NCBI GenBank assembly: GCA_028534125.1
Contig: CM052817.1
Coordinates: 72,604,001-72,668,000 of the forward strand
DNA from: Lama glama
Taxonomy: Eukaryota
Direction: 5' to 3'
DNA length: 64,000 bases
Part shown: piece after piece, positions 27,695 through 39,733 of the stretch
Position numbering within the stretch: position 1 is the stretch's first letter
How the letters are laid out: each line of letters begins with the position of its first letter
Position numbers and translations under genes: made by a program
The notes under the pieces: generated by a model
The model's input: only the letters and a program-made list of their open reading frames with translations
The model's database searches: none
What the model was told of the DNA's origin: nothing

Positions 27695-27940
27695 ATGCTG
27701 TGATTTGGTGGTTAAGAATATGGATTCAGAAGTTGGCAGATCTGGTTAGGAACTAGGACTCCACTATCTACCAGCAGGATAACCTCTGGAAAATGTCTTA
27801 TCCTCACTATACCTCAGTTTCCTTATCTGTAAAGGAGGAAGAATAACAGTACGTTGGGAATGAATAAATGAGATAAGGAAAACAAAGCACTAATGCAGTG
27901 CTTGACATCTGGTAAGTTCTGATAAATTTCAGCTAATATG
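27695..27940 (+). mobile_element. Near full-length MIR
   Basis: From 'gtggttaagaatatgg' through 'cctcagtttccttatctgtaaa' to 'gtgcttgacatctggtaagttctgataaatttcagcta'. Confidence 0.85.
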
Positions 27941-27949
27941 GCCGTCACC

Positions 27950-28640
27950 ATTATTTAGCTGAACCATAAGAAGGAGATAAGTTGAGATAAAGGTGTGAGA
28001 TCCAAAGGTGTGAACTGTAGTGTATAAACTGAAGACACCTGGGAAAGCTCCACAAAGATGAGCCCACTCACTAGGCGCATACAATATTTCAGAGGATTAA
28101 CTCCTCCCTGCCCACAAGTTTTATGATGGCTGTAAGGAGGGGCTGAGAACGTGTGGGTCACTCAGGTGAGGAAGAGATGCAGAGGAAGGAGGCAGGGATA
28201 CACAGGTCAGATTTTGTATAAACCCACTGATAAGACTATTGATTTTTTATCACAGGTACATGAGATTTTAGAGCTAGAAGGAACTTCATGACTCCGCTAG
28301 TTTTATTTTGCCTGGAAGGGAATGGAGACCAGGAGAAGGACACATCCAAAGTCACCCAGCGGCACTGGCCAAGCCAGAGTCAGAGTCTAGGCCTCCTTGT
28401 CTCCCACTTTACCTCCTCCTGCTCAGTTCTGTCTGCCATATCAAGGGACTAATGTGATGACAGCCATGTTTTAAGAAGATTGATTTAGCAGCCATATGTA
28501 GGTTGAACTGAATGAGAAAAGTCTGGGGAGACAAGGGTGAGGGAAGAGGCTACAGTAGTAATCCAATCATTAGGTGATGAGGCTTCAATGAGGAAAGTGG
28601 GAGTAGGATAGAAAAGAAAAAAACAAATCCAAGATGATGC
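27950..28640 (-). mobile_element. L2 fragment interrupted by a MIR (about 28260-28420)
   Basis: L2 phrases 'caggtcagattttgtataaacc' and 'agaggctacagtagtaatccaat' flank 'gatttta gagctagaaggaac...ccaaagtcacccagc...agtctaggcctcct' (MIR/MIR3 antisense). Confidence 0.65.
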
Positions 28641-29182
28641 CAAAATCACAAGATGGAAATGTCAGTCGCTCTTCAGTATGGCTCAACCTTAAGTCACTAA
28701 ACATCATCTTCTACAACTAGTTGTCATAACACAAAGCAGTAGCATCAAGAAATTAAGCAAAGGTTTCTATGACCCTGACTTTGTCACACGTTATCCATAT
28801 TCCCACAGCTCACCACTATCCTTCACGGTAGAGACGGAGATTGGTTCATCTCCACTCCATCCAACATCTCCAACTCCACGTGCATCTAAACGACTGTGAC
28901 ACTGTAAAGCATGGTAACTGAAGAACTTTAATATCTACAGGATTTAATTTCAATTTTTTCCCTTTGAATAGGCATGCCAGTTCTATGTGTATTTGTAATA
29001 AGGAAGATGTCTTGAAGCCAATTATTCTCCTACAGAAAGAGAAGTAACATTTTAACAGTTGATTCAAAATCATGGATGAGGTTGCAAAGGCACGGCTATT
29101 AATTCCAGATTAATGAACACATTAAAAAGAATTTACAGAAAGTTGGCATGTTTAGAATCAAGATAGTTTAAGAATCAAGCTC

Positions 29183-29811
29183 TGTGGTTGGCAAAGTTCT
29201 AAGAAAAATCCTCCCCCAAGAACCTGCTCTCCCTGGTGTACACATGCCTTCTCCCAATTACTGAAAAACTAATCTAAGCACTGCTATGAAGGGATTCTGC
29301 AGATGTAATTAAGGTCCCAGATCAACTGAACTTAAAACAGGGAGATTATTTGGGTTGGCCTGTCCTAATCACACGAGCCTTTAAAAAGTAGAAAGTTTTC
29401 TCTAGCTTCAGTTGCAGAAGAGGAGATCAGAGAGTTAAAGCACAAAAAGGATCTGAAGAACCACTGATGGCTGGAAGGTAAAGAATGCATCAGACAGGGA
29501 ATGCAGGCAGCCTCTCTGAGCTGAATGCACCCCAGCTGACAGACATCAAGGAAACGGGGACCTCAATCCTATAGACATGATGAAATAAATTCTTCTGACA
29601 GTCCCTGAGCTTGGAAGAAGATCTTGAGGCCCAAATGAGAGCACAGCTACAGCCAGCATTTGATTTTGGCCTAGTGAGACCCTAAGCAAAGAATCCAAGA
29701 ACTCCATGCCCAGGCATCCAAACTGTGTATTTGTGAGCTACTAAATGGATGTGATTTTTAAGTTTGCTAAGTTGCTGGTGATGTGCTACACTGCAATAGA
29801 ATTCTATTATG
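29183..29811 (+). mobile_element. MaLR solo LTR (MLT1E-like)
   Basis: Starts TG; 'gaagggattctgcagatgtaattaaggtccc', 'cccagctgacagacatcaaggaaacggggacctca'; ends 'tgctaagttgctggtgatgtgctacactgcaataga'. Confidence 0.88.
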
Positions 29812-31049
29812 GGTTCCAATCATTTACCTTTGAGCTTTTCCAGCACACTGGCATCACAGCAAATAGGTAACTAGCCCCAAGAATAGCCTGCTTCCTATTT
29901 TCATTAACATATAACTTGAAAGATTGTACTCAGCAATAAGCCGAGTTAAAATAGAATTGGTTTCTTTTTTATAAATTCCATAAAATGTTGGACCCTATAT
30001 ATATTTACTAATAGCCTGGGTTTCTGTTTGTTTTTTATTTGTTTGTTACTAAAAGATTAACATTTAATTGGCTGTAGATACCTATTAGGCTTGGCTTCTG
30101 ACAAAAAATACCTTGGGAATTAAATCTAAAGTTATTCTCATGATTAATACAGTCTTTAGAAATCTGACATAATTTTTTGGTGGTACTGTTAGAGAAATAA
30201 AATATCTTAAGACAATAAAGGATTACTCTTACTACAACTTTCAATCTATCACAGCAAAAAGCATGTTGCTTTACTTTATTTTGTGATAAAAATTTTGCAT
30301 TTTTTGTAACCTAGAATAACTATTTTTTGTTTTGTCCTTTACCCTCTGTTTACTCCATTTACTTTCACTTTTTTTCAACAAAACTGAAATAACCATTTTT
30401 TAAAAATGCTTCAACACTGTATTTGCTAGATAAACACAAGAATAGACAGAATTATGATAAAACTAGTGGTAGCAGACCAATAACAATTTTCATACATCAA
30501 ACTTTCAAAGCCTTACTGTCCACATTGATTGGTTGGCTATGTGTTTCTGAGACAATCAATGTACCTGGTCTACAATGTATATGGAATCGCTTCTTAAGCC
30601 ATATTAGACAAGTGAGTCATTCACTTGCAACACCAAACACTGTTAAATCTACCCATACCCTCTTGGCATATTTTTGAAGTTACTTCATTATGTTAGCAAG
30701 TAAATGAGGTTTCTTGCAAGTAATTATGAGCGTTACAAAATAATCAGCTAGAATACAGCCAGAGACCCCAGCACTCGTAGTTTGAGTTAACTGTATAGTG
30801 TTAAGATTTTTCTAGTTAGTGTATAAACACCCAAGTGAGGAACTCAAGGTCATAATCCCATTTTCTTTCTAATCTTTATCATGGCATATTTATATATTTA
30901 GTAAAAGAAATCTGTTTTGAACAAATATGAAATTCTGATGCACTTTCCTCTAACATTTTATAAATTTACAAGAGTAGTAAATAAGCACCCTTACCTGAAT
31001 GTAAGAGTTGCTAAAATTTTGTTACATTTCCACACTCTCTCATTGCATG

Positions 31050-31178
31050 TGCACACATGTATGTGTATGTATGTATACATACATTCACATATATCACTCT
31101 TTGCACCTATAGATGTGCTTCCATATGTAATATATATACACATCTATATACACACATACACATACATATATATATTTA
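31050..31178. repeat. Low-complexity TA/CA/TG tract
   Basis: Alternating purine-pyrimidine degenerate microsatellite. Confidence 0.75.
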
Positions 31179-31429
31179 GCTGACTCGTTTAGGAATTATT
31201 TAGATGTACATTCATAATATTATCCTTAATGCTAGGTCTTATCAAGCAGTATGAGTAAAATAACAATTTTTACTTCTATCTTAAATATATATTAAACATG
31301 CTGCCTTTCTCATGAGAATTTAGTAATGTTAACACAGTAATTTTATAAGTGAAAGGAAATTTTAGATCATCTTTTTCCCAATTAGCACAAAGTTAAAACA
31401 CATTTTATTAGTTCATTTAAACTAGTGTC

Positions 31430-32062
31430 AATAACCAGCCTCCTGGCTACCTCTTTTATCAACTCTTCTCTCAAGCCTTTCCTCCAACAGCAGCCAAAAA
31501 TTCTGCAAAACCATAATCAGATCATGCTAACACCTACTCAGAACCTTCTGTGATTTCCCGTCTTACTCAGAGTTAAGCCTGTGTTTTTAAGTGGCCTACA
31601 GGAACCTGCACTGACTCTCTGTACCCCTTTAACCTCACCTCCTGATGTTCCTAAAGGCCCAGAAAAGCCCCAGCCTCAGGGCCCCAGCATCTGCAATTGC
31701 CTCTGTCTGGAACGTTCTTCCCTCAATATTCTCATGGCTTGCTCCTTCTGCCCTTTTAGATCTTGACTTAAATATACCCTTCTCATGGAGTCTTTTCCTT
31801 GCCATTTTCAAAACTGTTAAAACACACACACACACACACATCCAACCTGTATACAAGTACTCCCAACCCCTCTCTTGCTTAAGTATTATCATAAGCACTT
31901 ACAGAAATCTAATATTCCCTGTCTTTTATTTATTTACCTACATACAAGCTTCCAAAGGACAGGGGTATTTGTCAGTTTTCTTTGCTGTTATATTACCAAT
32001 CCTATAGTGGTGCCTGGCATAAAGAAGGTAATCTCATGATATTTTGTTCTGTTAATGAATGA
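31430..32062 (+). mobile_element. L2 (L2a-like) 3' region containing a (CA)n tract
   Basis: 'aatcagatcatgctaacacctactcagaaccttctgtgatttccc', 'cctcagggcc...ctctgtctggaacgttcttccc'; ends 'gtgcctggcataaagaaggta...aatgaatga'. Confidence 0.85.
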
Positions 32063-32219
32063 TACAAATACATATGAAGCAAACAATAAACTAATACAAT
32101 ATATTAGTCCTTTTGGCATATATTAGTTTCTTTAAGGTAGCTATTAGCAATATTAATGTCTCAACTCTATTAACATTCTGCACTTGTCCAGTACCTTCCA
32201 CATATGTTAGCTCATTGAC

Positions 32220-32680
32220 CGTATTAGTTATCTATTGCTGCATAACAAATTATCTCAAAATGTAGTGGCTGAAAACAAGTGCTTATCTCAGTCTCTGAAA
32301 TGAGGAATGCAAGTGCAGTTTAGCCGGTGCCTCCCATTCAGCATCTTCCCAGAGGTTGCAATCAAGCTGTCAGCTGTGACTCCAGTCCCTTCAAACTTGT
32401 TGGGGGCTGGGCATCTACTGTTGGGTTCATTCATGCTGTTGCCGGATGGTCGGTCGTGGGTCCACACGAGCCTCTATATAAGCTGCCTGAGTGTGCCCTT
32501 GTGACATGGCAGCCAGTGCTCTGAGAGAGCTAGGAAAGGCTTCTCAGATAGAAGCCTCCATCTTTTGTGACCTAATCCCAGAAGTAACATTTCAATCCAG
32601 CCCACATTCAAGGGGAGAGGATTACACAGGGTATGAATACCAGAGACAAGGATCATGGGGGCCTTCTTAGAGGCTGCCTA
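32220..32680 (-). mobile_element. MaLR solo LTR (MLT1F-like) inserted into a MIR
   Basis: From 'gtattagttatctattgctgcataacaaatta' to 'ggatcatgggggccttcttagaggctgccta'; MIR halves at about 32170-32219 and 32685-32790. Confidence 0.88.
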
Positions 32681-32849
32681 AATTTTTGACTATTTTATAA
32701 ATATGGAAGTTGAAACCTAGAGATGGCAACTTTTCCCAAGTTATACAGTTAAAAGTAAGATATAGTCATTCTGATTCCCTGCTCAGTATCCTTTGAGGAT
32801 CACTGATAAATTTAAATGTAATAAATATTTTCAAAAAGTGAGGAAGTAT

Positions 32850-33090
32850 CTTTTTGCCTTGCTATGTCCCAGATAATTTAATTGCCTTACGGATGTCAAC
32901 CTACTTAATCCATAAAACAAACTCTGAAAGTTAGATATGCTCATACACTTCTGACAGATAAGAAAAGTGAGGAATCGAGAATTAAAGTCACTTTCTCAGG
33001 GTCATACAGCTAAAAAGTCTCAAGGTTGGCATTCAAACCTAGCAGTCTCGCTTGAGAGACTGACTTCATAACCAGCGCTCTATACCACAT
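32850..33090 (-). mobile_element. MIR SINE
   Basis: 'acagataagaaaagtgagg...tctcagggtcatacagcta...ggcattcaaacctagcagtct'. Confidence 0.8.
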
Positions 33091-33156
33091 GCCCCTTAGA
33101 CACACAAAAGCTAAAGCGTTTTGACTGTCTTCAATTCATTAAAATTCATTTAGTAA

Positions 33157-33284
33157 GGAAGGGTATAGATCAGTGGTAGAGCGCATGCTTAGCATGCATG
33201 AGGTCCTGCGTTCAATCCTCGGCACCTCCATTAAAATAAATAAATAAACCTAATTACCTTCCTGCCCCCCCTGAAAGAATTAAA
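33157..33284 (+). mobile_element. tRNA-Ala(AGC)-derived camelid SINE (Vic-1-type)
   Basis: Head 'gggtatagatcagtggtagagcgcatgcttagcatgcatgaggtcctgcgttcaatcctcggcacctcca', AT-rich and C-rich tail, 15-bp TSD aaaattcatttagta (33141-33155) / aaacttcattttgta (33285-33299). Confidence 0.9.
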
Positions 33285-35057
33285 AAACTTCATTTTGTAT
33301 CTCTTGTCCTTTTAACCTCAAAACAGGAGAAGTGTAATGTTATTTTTACAATTGTCTGGTGAGGAAACTTCCATACAACAGGCAAAAATACATCAGATTA
33401 AAAATCGTATCCATTTTGTGTACTGACTGCAATGAGAAGACAGTCAGACAAGTTATGTGCCCACTGGTTGGATCTACATAGAATGTCTCACTGCTGACTA
33501 TACAGGTCTCAGGTGAATATCGCTTCCCTCTTTCAAAGGAATAAGAAAGCCACACACAGAGAATGCCATCCAGTGCATGGGAAATACCTCCCTCCTCCTC
33601 TCTTTTCTTTCTAGCTTATAAAAGTTTCCCTTACAAATGGCAATAAGTCACTACAGAGAATGCATTTTGTAAAGTATGACAGTCTTCCTTTAGTAGTGAT
33701 GCACTTAAGGCAGGCATGTAGTAATCTCTAGAAATATACCGCCTGGAGTGTCTTATGGCTTAATTAGAGCTGGCACAGGGCTGCTGCTTCTCAGCCTTGA
33801 GCCAGTGCAAGAGCAGTGGAAGGAGGCAAGGATATTAAAAGCGCTATTTCAGGGGGACATAAAGTAATGCACAGTGCCAGTCTGCAGAAAGTAACATCAA
33901 AGACTCCTACTGCTACAATAAAATGTCAAAATGCCTTGCTTCATTGTAGTCAGAGATTAAATCCATCACTGTGTCCATGACCTCTGTGGTTCTAAAAGAC
34001 TTTACATTCCTCACTCACAGGACCACTATGAAGGTAAACATAATTTCCCCTTAAACTATTCACTGAACAGAAGAAGGATGCCATCATTATAATTATGTAA
34101 ACATATTCTCTTACTTCCTTAAATAGCCTATCATCTTTTAAAAAAGTAGTACTACATTTCATCAAAGGCAAATGGATAGTCCATAGGAATTAGACGATAA
34201 ACATTGTGGTTCCAGCTGATGCCCCTTCAGCTTCCGTATCTGCTCAAGAGGCTTCCAGAGAAGTTTCTCAAGCATCAGCAACACATTACAATCCACAGCA
34301 AATTTTGCTTTTTCATAATCCCCACATTAGTAACTTCCTACTTCAGTATTAGGACAGTCTATCTGGGGGCAACAGCACTCTGTTAACTAGATCCTTGGTT
34401 CTTTCCTCAACAATTGATTCCTACTTCTCCATCTCGTGTAGTAGTGGAATTTACTCCTAACCATCTCAACCACTACTGGAACAGAATTTCTTGCCCCTAA
34501 TCCAGACTTTCCATGAGTTGGTTGTAAACACTACTGTTGGTTCTCTTATACAATGCTACCAGGTTAAGTAAAACATTAGTGTGCATGCTTTAAAAAAAAA
34601 AAAAGTCCAATCTTAAATTGCCAGAAAGTATGGCAGCTGGGCTTCAAATCTATGCTAAATTTTAATTTTTTATGAATTTTTAATTGCATTTTTAATTTCA
34701 AACTGACGTCTGTAAGAAAAACTACAAGCAGATCCTAGGGCATCGATGAAGAACAAGGCAAGCTCCTTAATTGAAACTCTTCCTCACCAAAGGATTTCAA
34801 CTTGTCCACTGACTGAATGGTCCACAAGAACAAATTTTTGTTTTTACAATGAAAGTCAATGGAAAATATGTATGGTTTTCTTCATAAACAACCTTTCATA
34901 ATCATTGGACACCTGCATTCTTCTTTTAAGATCAGGCTCTGTCTAAACCAACAATTTATTGAGCCTCAGTATGTTCTCATAGGCAATGAACCAGCTCTCT
35001 TTACCAGTAGCAAAGTACCTCAAGGCCTAGGATCCGAAAGAAATTTTTACTGAAAGT

Positions 35058-35228
35058 CAAGACCACCTATATAATTGGTGGGTCTCAGGGCAGAATGAAA
35101 ATCCTAGGTTCTGTTTCCAAAAATTATTGAGAATTATTAAGAATTTCAAGGCAGCAACAGCAAATGAGAGGCCCCATTAAGTGTGGAGTCTGTGGAACTG
35201 CACAAGTGACATGCCCATAGCTGTGCTG
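35058..35228 (-). mobile_element. MER45A-like hAT-Tip100 MITE
   Basis: 'tataattggtgggtctcagggcagaatgaaaat...aattattaagaatttcaaggcagcaacagca...actgcacaagtgacatgcccat'. Confidence 0.75.
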
Positions 35229-37882
35229 CAAGTTTAAAATGCCATATATAAATCGCAATTAAATATATATATTCAGTAGCACTGTTACACAGAGTTTTTA
35301 ATGTATACAGGTAGCCTGTTAATTCAATCCTTTTCAGCCAGTTCAGCAACACAAACAAAAACATCTTCACTCCTACTGCACCAACAAAAAAAGCAATGAT
35401 CTTACAACAGGAGAACTCATCCCCAGATAACTGGTGCTCATGCCCTGTTGGCAAGGCTGGCGCACGTTCTAACACTAAAATAGAATTTTAGAAATACAAC
35501 TATGCATGTGGTTTAGTGTGTTAAAGAGAGTTATTAGTGTGCAAAACCTTTTGAAATAGGAAGACATGGTAAATAAAGGAAAAAGGGTCTGAAGGCAGGA
35601 AAGTCCATTCAGGTACTAATGCAGGAAATGTGTCAGAGATGTGCCTTCCAGGTTTGTTTGAATCTTTTAGAGCATCATGTTTTGGAATTCAGTGTTCACA
35701 GTGCTGTTATTTGGAAATACTGCAAACCTCCACAGGCTTTTCTGTTTTTCTTTAAACAGTATATATTTCTCCACCCCGCTGATCTGGGAAAACAATTGAC
35801 ATCAGTTCTGACGATGTTGGAGGGGCAAGTTACAGAGTCTCCCGGTGGAGAGAAGCAAAGGGCGGATGATGCCGCAGGCTGAGTTATCTCATTACTAATA
35901 TCTGCCCAACAAGGGTTGGAGTGAGATTTATGTGCTGAGAAATCAAGTAATCACTGATGTTCTGGGCAAGCAGATCCAAGGCTGGGATTTTACTGGATCA
36001 TATCAAATGAGGGAGAAGAAACAGATGTAGCTCCCCAACTGGGAAAAAAGAGACAGAGTTACAGCTCAGAAGGAAACTATGTGCCATGCATATGTGCCTG
36101 ATTACCCTCTGATGCCTTTCCTTTCCACATGTATCTAGAATATGCAACTTATTTCAATGTTTATGTTTTCTTGATATTCCATCAGCTTGGGAAAAATATG
36201 ACTGTTCTTATAAATGTCATCATCAAATAGAATTATAACTTGTTTGTTTAGATAACTTTTGTTTATCTCCTTAAGTTAGTCCAATACTGACAGAGACTCA
36301 TACCACTCTCTTACCTCCATCCATACATGTAGTCAGGGAAGTGTCTTTTTTCTTGTTACTCAGCAAAAGATACTTTTTCTCCCTTGGGAATCTTTTTTAC
36401 GATCTCATAATTTTATAGTCACTTCATATTTTGAGAGTATTTAAAAGCCTTGAGACAATTTTTTCACTGAACAATTCATGTATATATATCTTACTGTATG
36501 TGAGAAGCACAATTATTGCTCCTTATTTTTAGGTATAAGTTCAGGGTATATTACTGACTCACTGAATGAAAATTTTTACTGTTAAAAATAGAGCCAAAGA
36601 CACTCAATAATATAAAATGAGAATATTGTACCCTAGTCCCTGACACGGAGGACTGCGGTTGAGACTGCATGAATCTTACATCCCCTCACTCAGCAACCTT
36701 TGTTTGGAAACCCTCTATATTCACTTAGGGAAGCATAGGCAGCCAGCTCTAGGAATTAAGAATAAAATTTTTAAATTCCTTTCTATACAATAATATTGCA
36801 AATCTAATCCTCTCTTAATCCCACTAATTCCATAGTCTATGTGTACATAGAAAATTTTCCTTTTACTTTTGGATCTCCCCTCTCTTCCTCCCTCCCCTCC
36901 CCTCTTCTTTTCTTTGCATTCTTTTTAAGGTCTTGGGCAGTCAAGCTTCCCTAGAGGCCACATGACTTTCTAGGACCACTCTGACTTCTGCCCTGGTATC
37001 TAGGAACGTACTGGTGGTGATAAGCAGGAGGCTGGACATTATTTGCATTCTTCCTTGATTGATGGGGGTAACTGGATTGCTTACACGCTCTTTACTTATT
37101 CAACGTCCAAAAAGTCAACCACTATTAAAAGACATATTTAATTAGATGTCAGTGACGTAAGCTGAAATCACACAGACAGAAGTTTAAACTGGCAACTCTA
37201 ACAGTGGTCCCTATGCCTTAGATTTCTTAAATGGTTTAGACAACCACTTTGTTCAAGTTGTCAATAGATGTTCTGGATTACGATTCTACTTCAAGATGAA
37301 AATGAGTATGTGATTTTTTTTTTCCAGAGTAGCCATAAAGTAACGTTTTTGTTTTGTACTTAAGAAGCTAATGGGGGGAGGGGTAGTCTCAACTTTCTGA
37401 TTTTTTCATTCTCACAAAGTCTTTGTTTTTGTAAGAGCACCATATTCTCACTGCATTACTCTAGCCATGTTAACAGTTTATGAGATGTTTTATCCAAAAG
37501 AACATAAATGAAGTAAATTTAGTTCTCTCTGTCTTCCTTATTTTATATGTGCTGCTGGATTTATAGATTCCATTGCAACCACAGAAACAGATGTGTTGAA
37601 ATATATTTAGTGTTTTTTTTACAAAAGAAAAAAGAACATTTTTCATCAATCACTACTTTTCCTCTATGGACAGGAATTTAGAAAATCTTGCTATGAATTT
37701 TGCAAAATTGTGATTTCAAAGATTCTAAAAACCTAAGAATGCTTTCTGTTTTACCTAGAGTTTTTAGTTATCCTATAACATTTGATCTACTTCACACTTC
37801 ATTGAATAAATAGGAATTATCTGTTATCATTCATTATGAAAGTATTGTCAGCTTGAGATACTTGCCCTTAGTAAAAATGCAG

Positions 37883-38059
37883 CAGGAAGGGCTACATAAT
37901 TTATGGGGCCCAGTGCAAAATTAAAATGTGAAGCCTCTTGTTTAAAAAGGATAAGGAATTTCTAGACAGTTATAGAAGAGTGTTAAACCAAGTTTAGGAC
38001 CCTTCTAAGCACAGGACACTATGCAGCTGCACCAGTCAGATGCCCATGGAGGCAACCTT
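37883..38059 (-). mobile_element. MER45A-like hAT-Tip100 MITE
   Basis: 'ggctacataatttatggggcccagtgcaaaattaaaatgtg...ttaaaccaag...cccttctaagcacagg...gcccatggaggcaacc'. Confidence 0.85.
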
Positions 38060-39338
38060 CAATGGTGGCATGTTTCAGCTATTTCTAAATCCTATGCTCT
38101 GTAATCACATTTCGTACCACCAATCTGCATTAGGAATGTGCAAACTTCAATAAGTTTGGAGCTTTTATTTCTATTTCCACATAGTAAGGAGATACATATT
38201 CTCACGTATTACTTTGGCTAGGAAACTTAAGTTTTTTGTTTTTGCTTTGTTTTTGTTTTTGTTTTACATTTCGGGAGCTTTGGGGCATCACTAGTTCAGT
38301 AAAAACCTCAGTAATATTATTCTAACATGGAAGAATTTCAGTATCCCATGTAAACATACTGGGGTGGGGAAAAGTAAAGCCTTCAGATTTGGGATTTATT
38401 CATTTCATTTGGAATGTTTTCTCCTAAGTTTGCATGAATTGATTTTGGTGAAATACAAATTCTTTGTTGAGAAAATACAAACAGGAGTCACAGAATAATA
38501 ACTTCAACTTTCACCAGGAAGCCACGTAGTCATTCATTTTGTCACTTAGTCTGGCAGTCTTCAGTCAGCACTTATATTCCCCAGGTGTAGACATTCATAA
38601 AGAAGGTGGTCCAAAAAAGAAAAAGGGAGATAGTCTATGAAACAAATGCTGCCATCTAGAGAGGGAGAGTAAAGAATATACAGACAGTGGTCATTTTCCA
38701 AGTATAATTCAAACAAAAATGGAAAGCCTCAGTCAGAATTTCACATCTCAGAATGTGAAAATTTTCCAAGGAGAAATCATCCCTTAGAAGAAATCAGCAC
38801 TTCATAAAAAGAAGCTGTTAAGAATTCCCTTAACTTGAGGTGAAAGGTTATTCTGCTAGTAATTCTGTATAACAGGGAACCTAGCAAGAGATTTTTTTTA
38901 AATTTTAAGCAGGATCCCTTAAGGACGGTGTTCTTGAGGCTGTATAAAATAACTGCATGAGAGCCAAATGTTTTATCTGTCAAAAAAGTAAATGAGTATA
39001 CAGCTTTGTTTCTGATTTATTTTGTTTAAACAAATTTTTAAAAATTACAAGAAGGTAGTATATTGGTCAGTTTACCTCATTTTCATGATACAGTACAAAG
39101 ACACTGTTTACTCTGAGTGGCTTTAAAAGAACACGAATTGTAAAATCAAACAGACAAACACCAAAGGAATCACTGAAAATACCTGAAAAATCACAGGAAA
39201 AGGTAGCGATTTAGCTTGTCTCTATATATTACATGTGCAGACATTTAAACAATTCACTTTTTAGAATGAATAGTACATACTGAGGTAGCAATACCCGAAT
39301 CAATTCATTTAGAAATTTCCCAAAACATTTCTAGAATA

Positions 39339-39733
39339 CAGGTTTCCCCTGCTATCCAAAAGCAGAGTGTTCCTACGAAACCTTTCATAAGCCAAAATGT
39401 CGTTAAGTGAAGCAGCAGCACCTTAGGACACATCTTGCTAGGGGGTGCACAAAATAAATTGAGAAAAAGCACAGAAGCTCACAGACGCAGGTTAAAGCTA
39501 GTGGGGGGTTGATGCTGAGATGCTGAGAGTAGATCTTGGGGAAGGAGCTGGTGGTGGAACCCTCATTGCTAAAGGTACCTGCTGCCTCCCTAACAGCTCA
39601 TTGCAAAACAAAGGCTGAATGCATTTTTGCTTTTCTTCATATTTCTTTCTGTTATCGAAAACAGGTACTGATGAAGGTCTTTTGTAAAAGTGAAGTATCA
39701 TAAAATGAACTTTTGGAAAGTGGAATATGCCTA
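39339..39733 (-). mobile_element. TcMar-Tigger-type MITE
   Basis: TA target duplication on both sides; imperfect TIRs caggtttcccctgctatccaaaag / (reverse complement) taggcatattccactttccaaaag. Confidence 0.8.

Noticed and set aside
33159..33230. Functional tRNA-Ala(AGC) gene
   Set aside because: D- and T-arm mismatches, a SINE-type tail and flanking TSDs show it is a SINE head.
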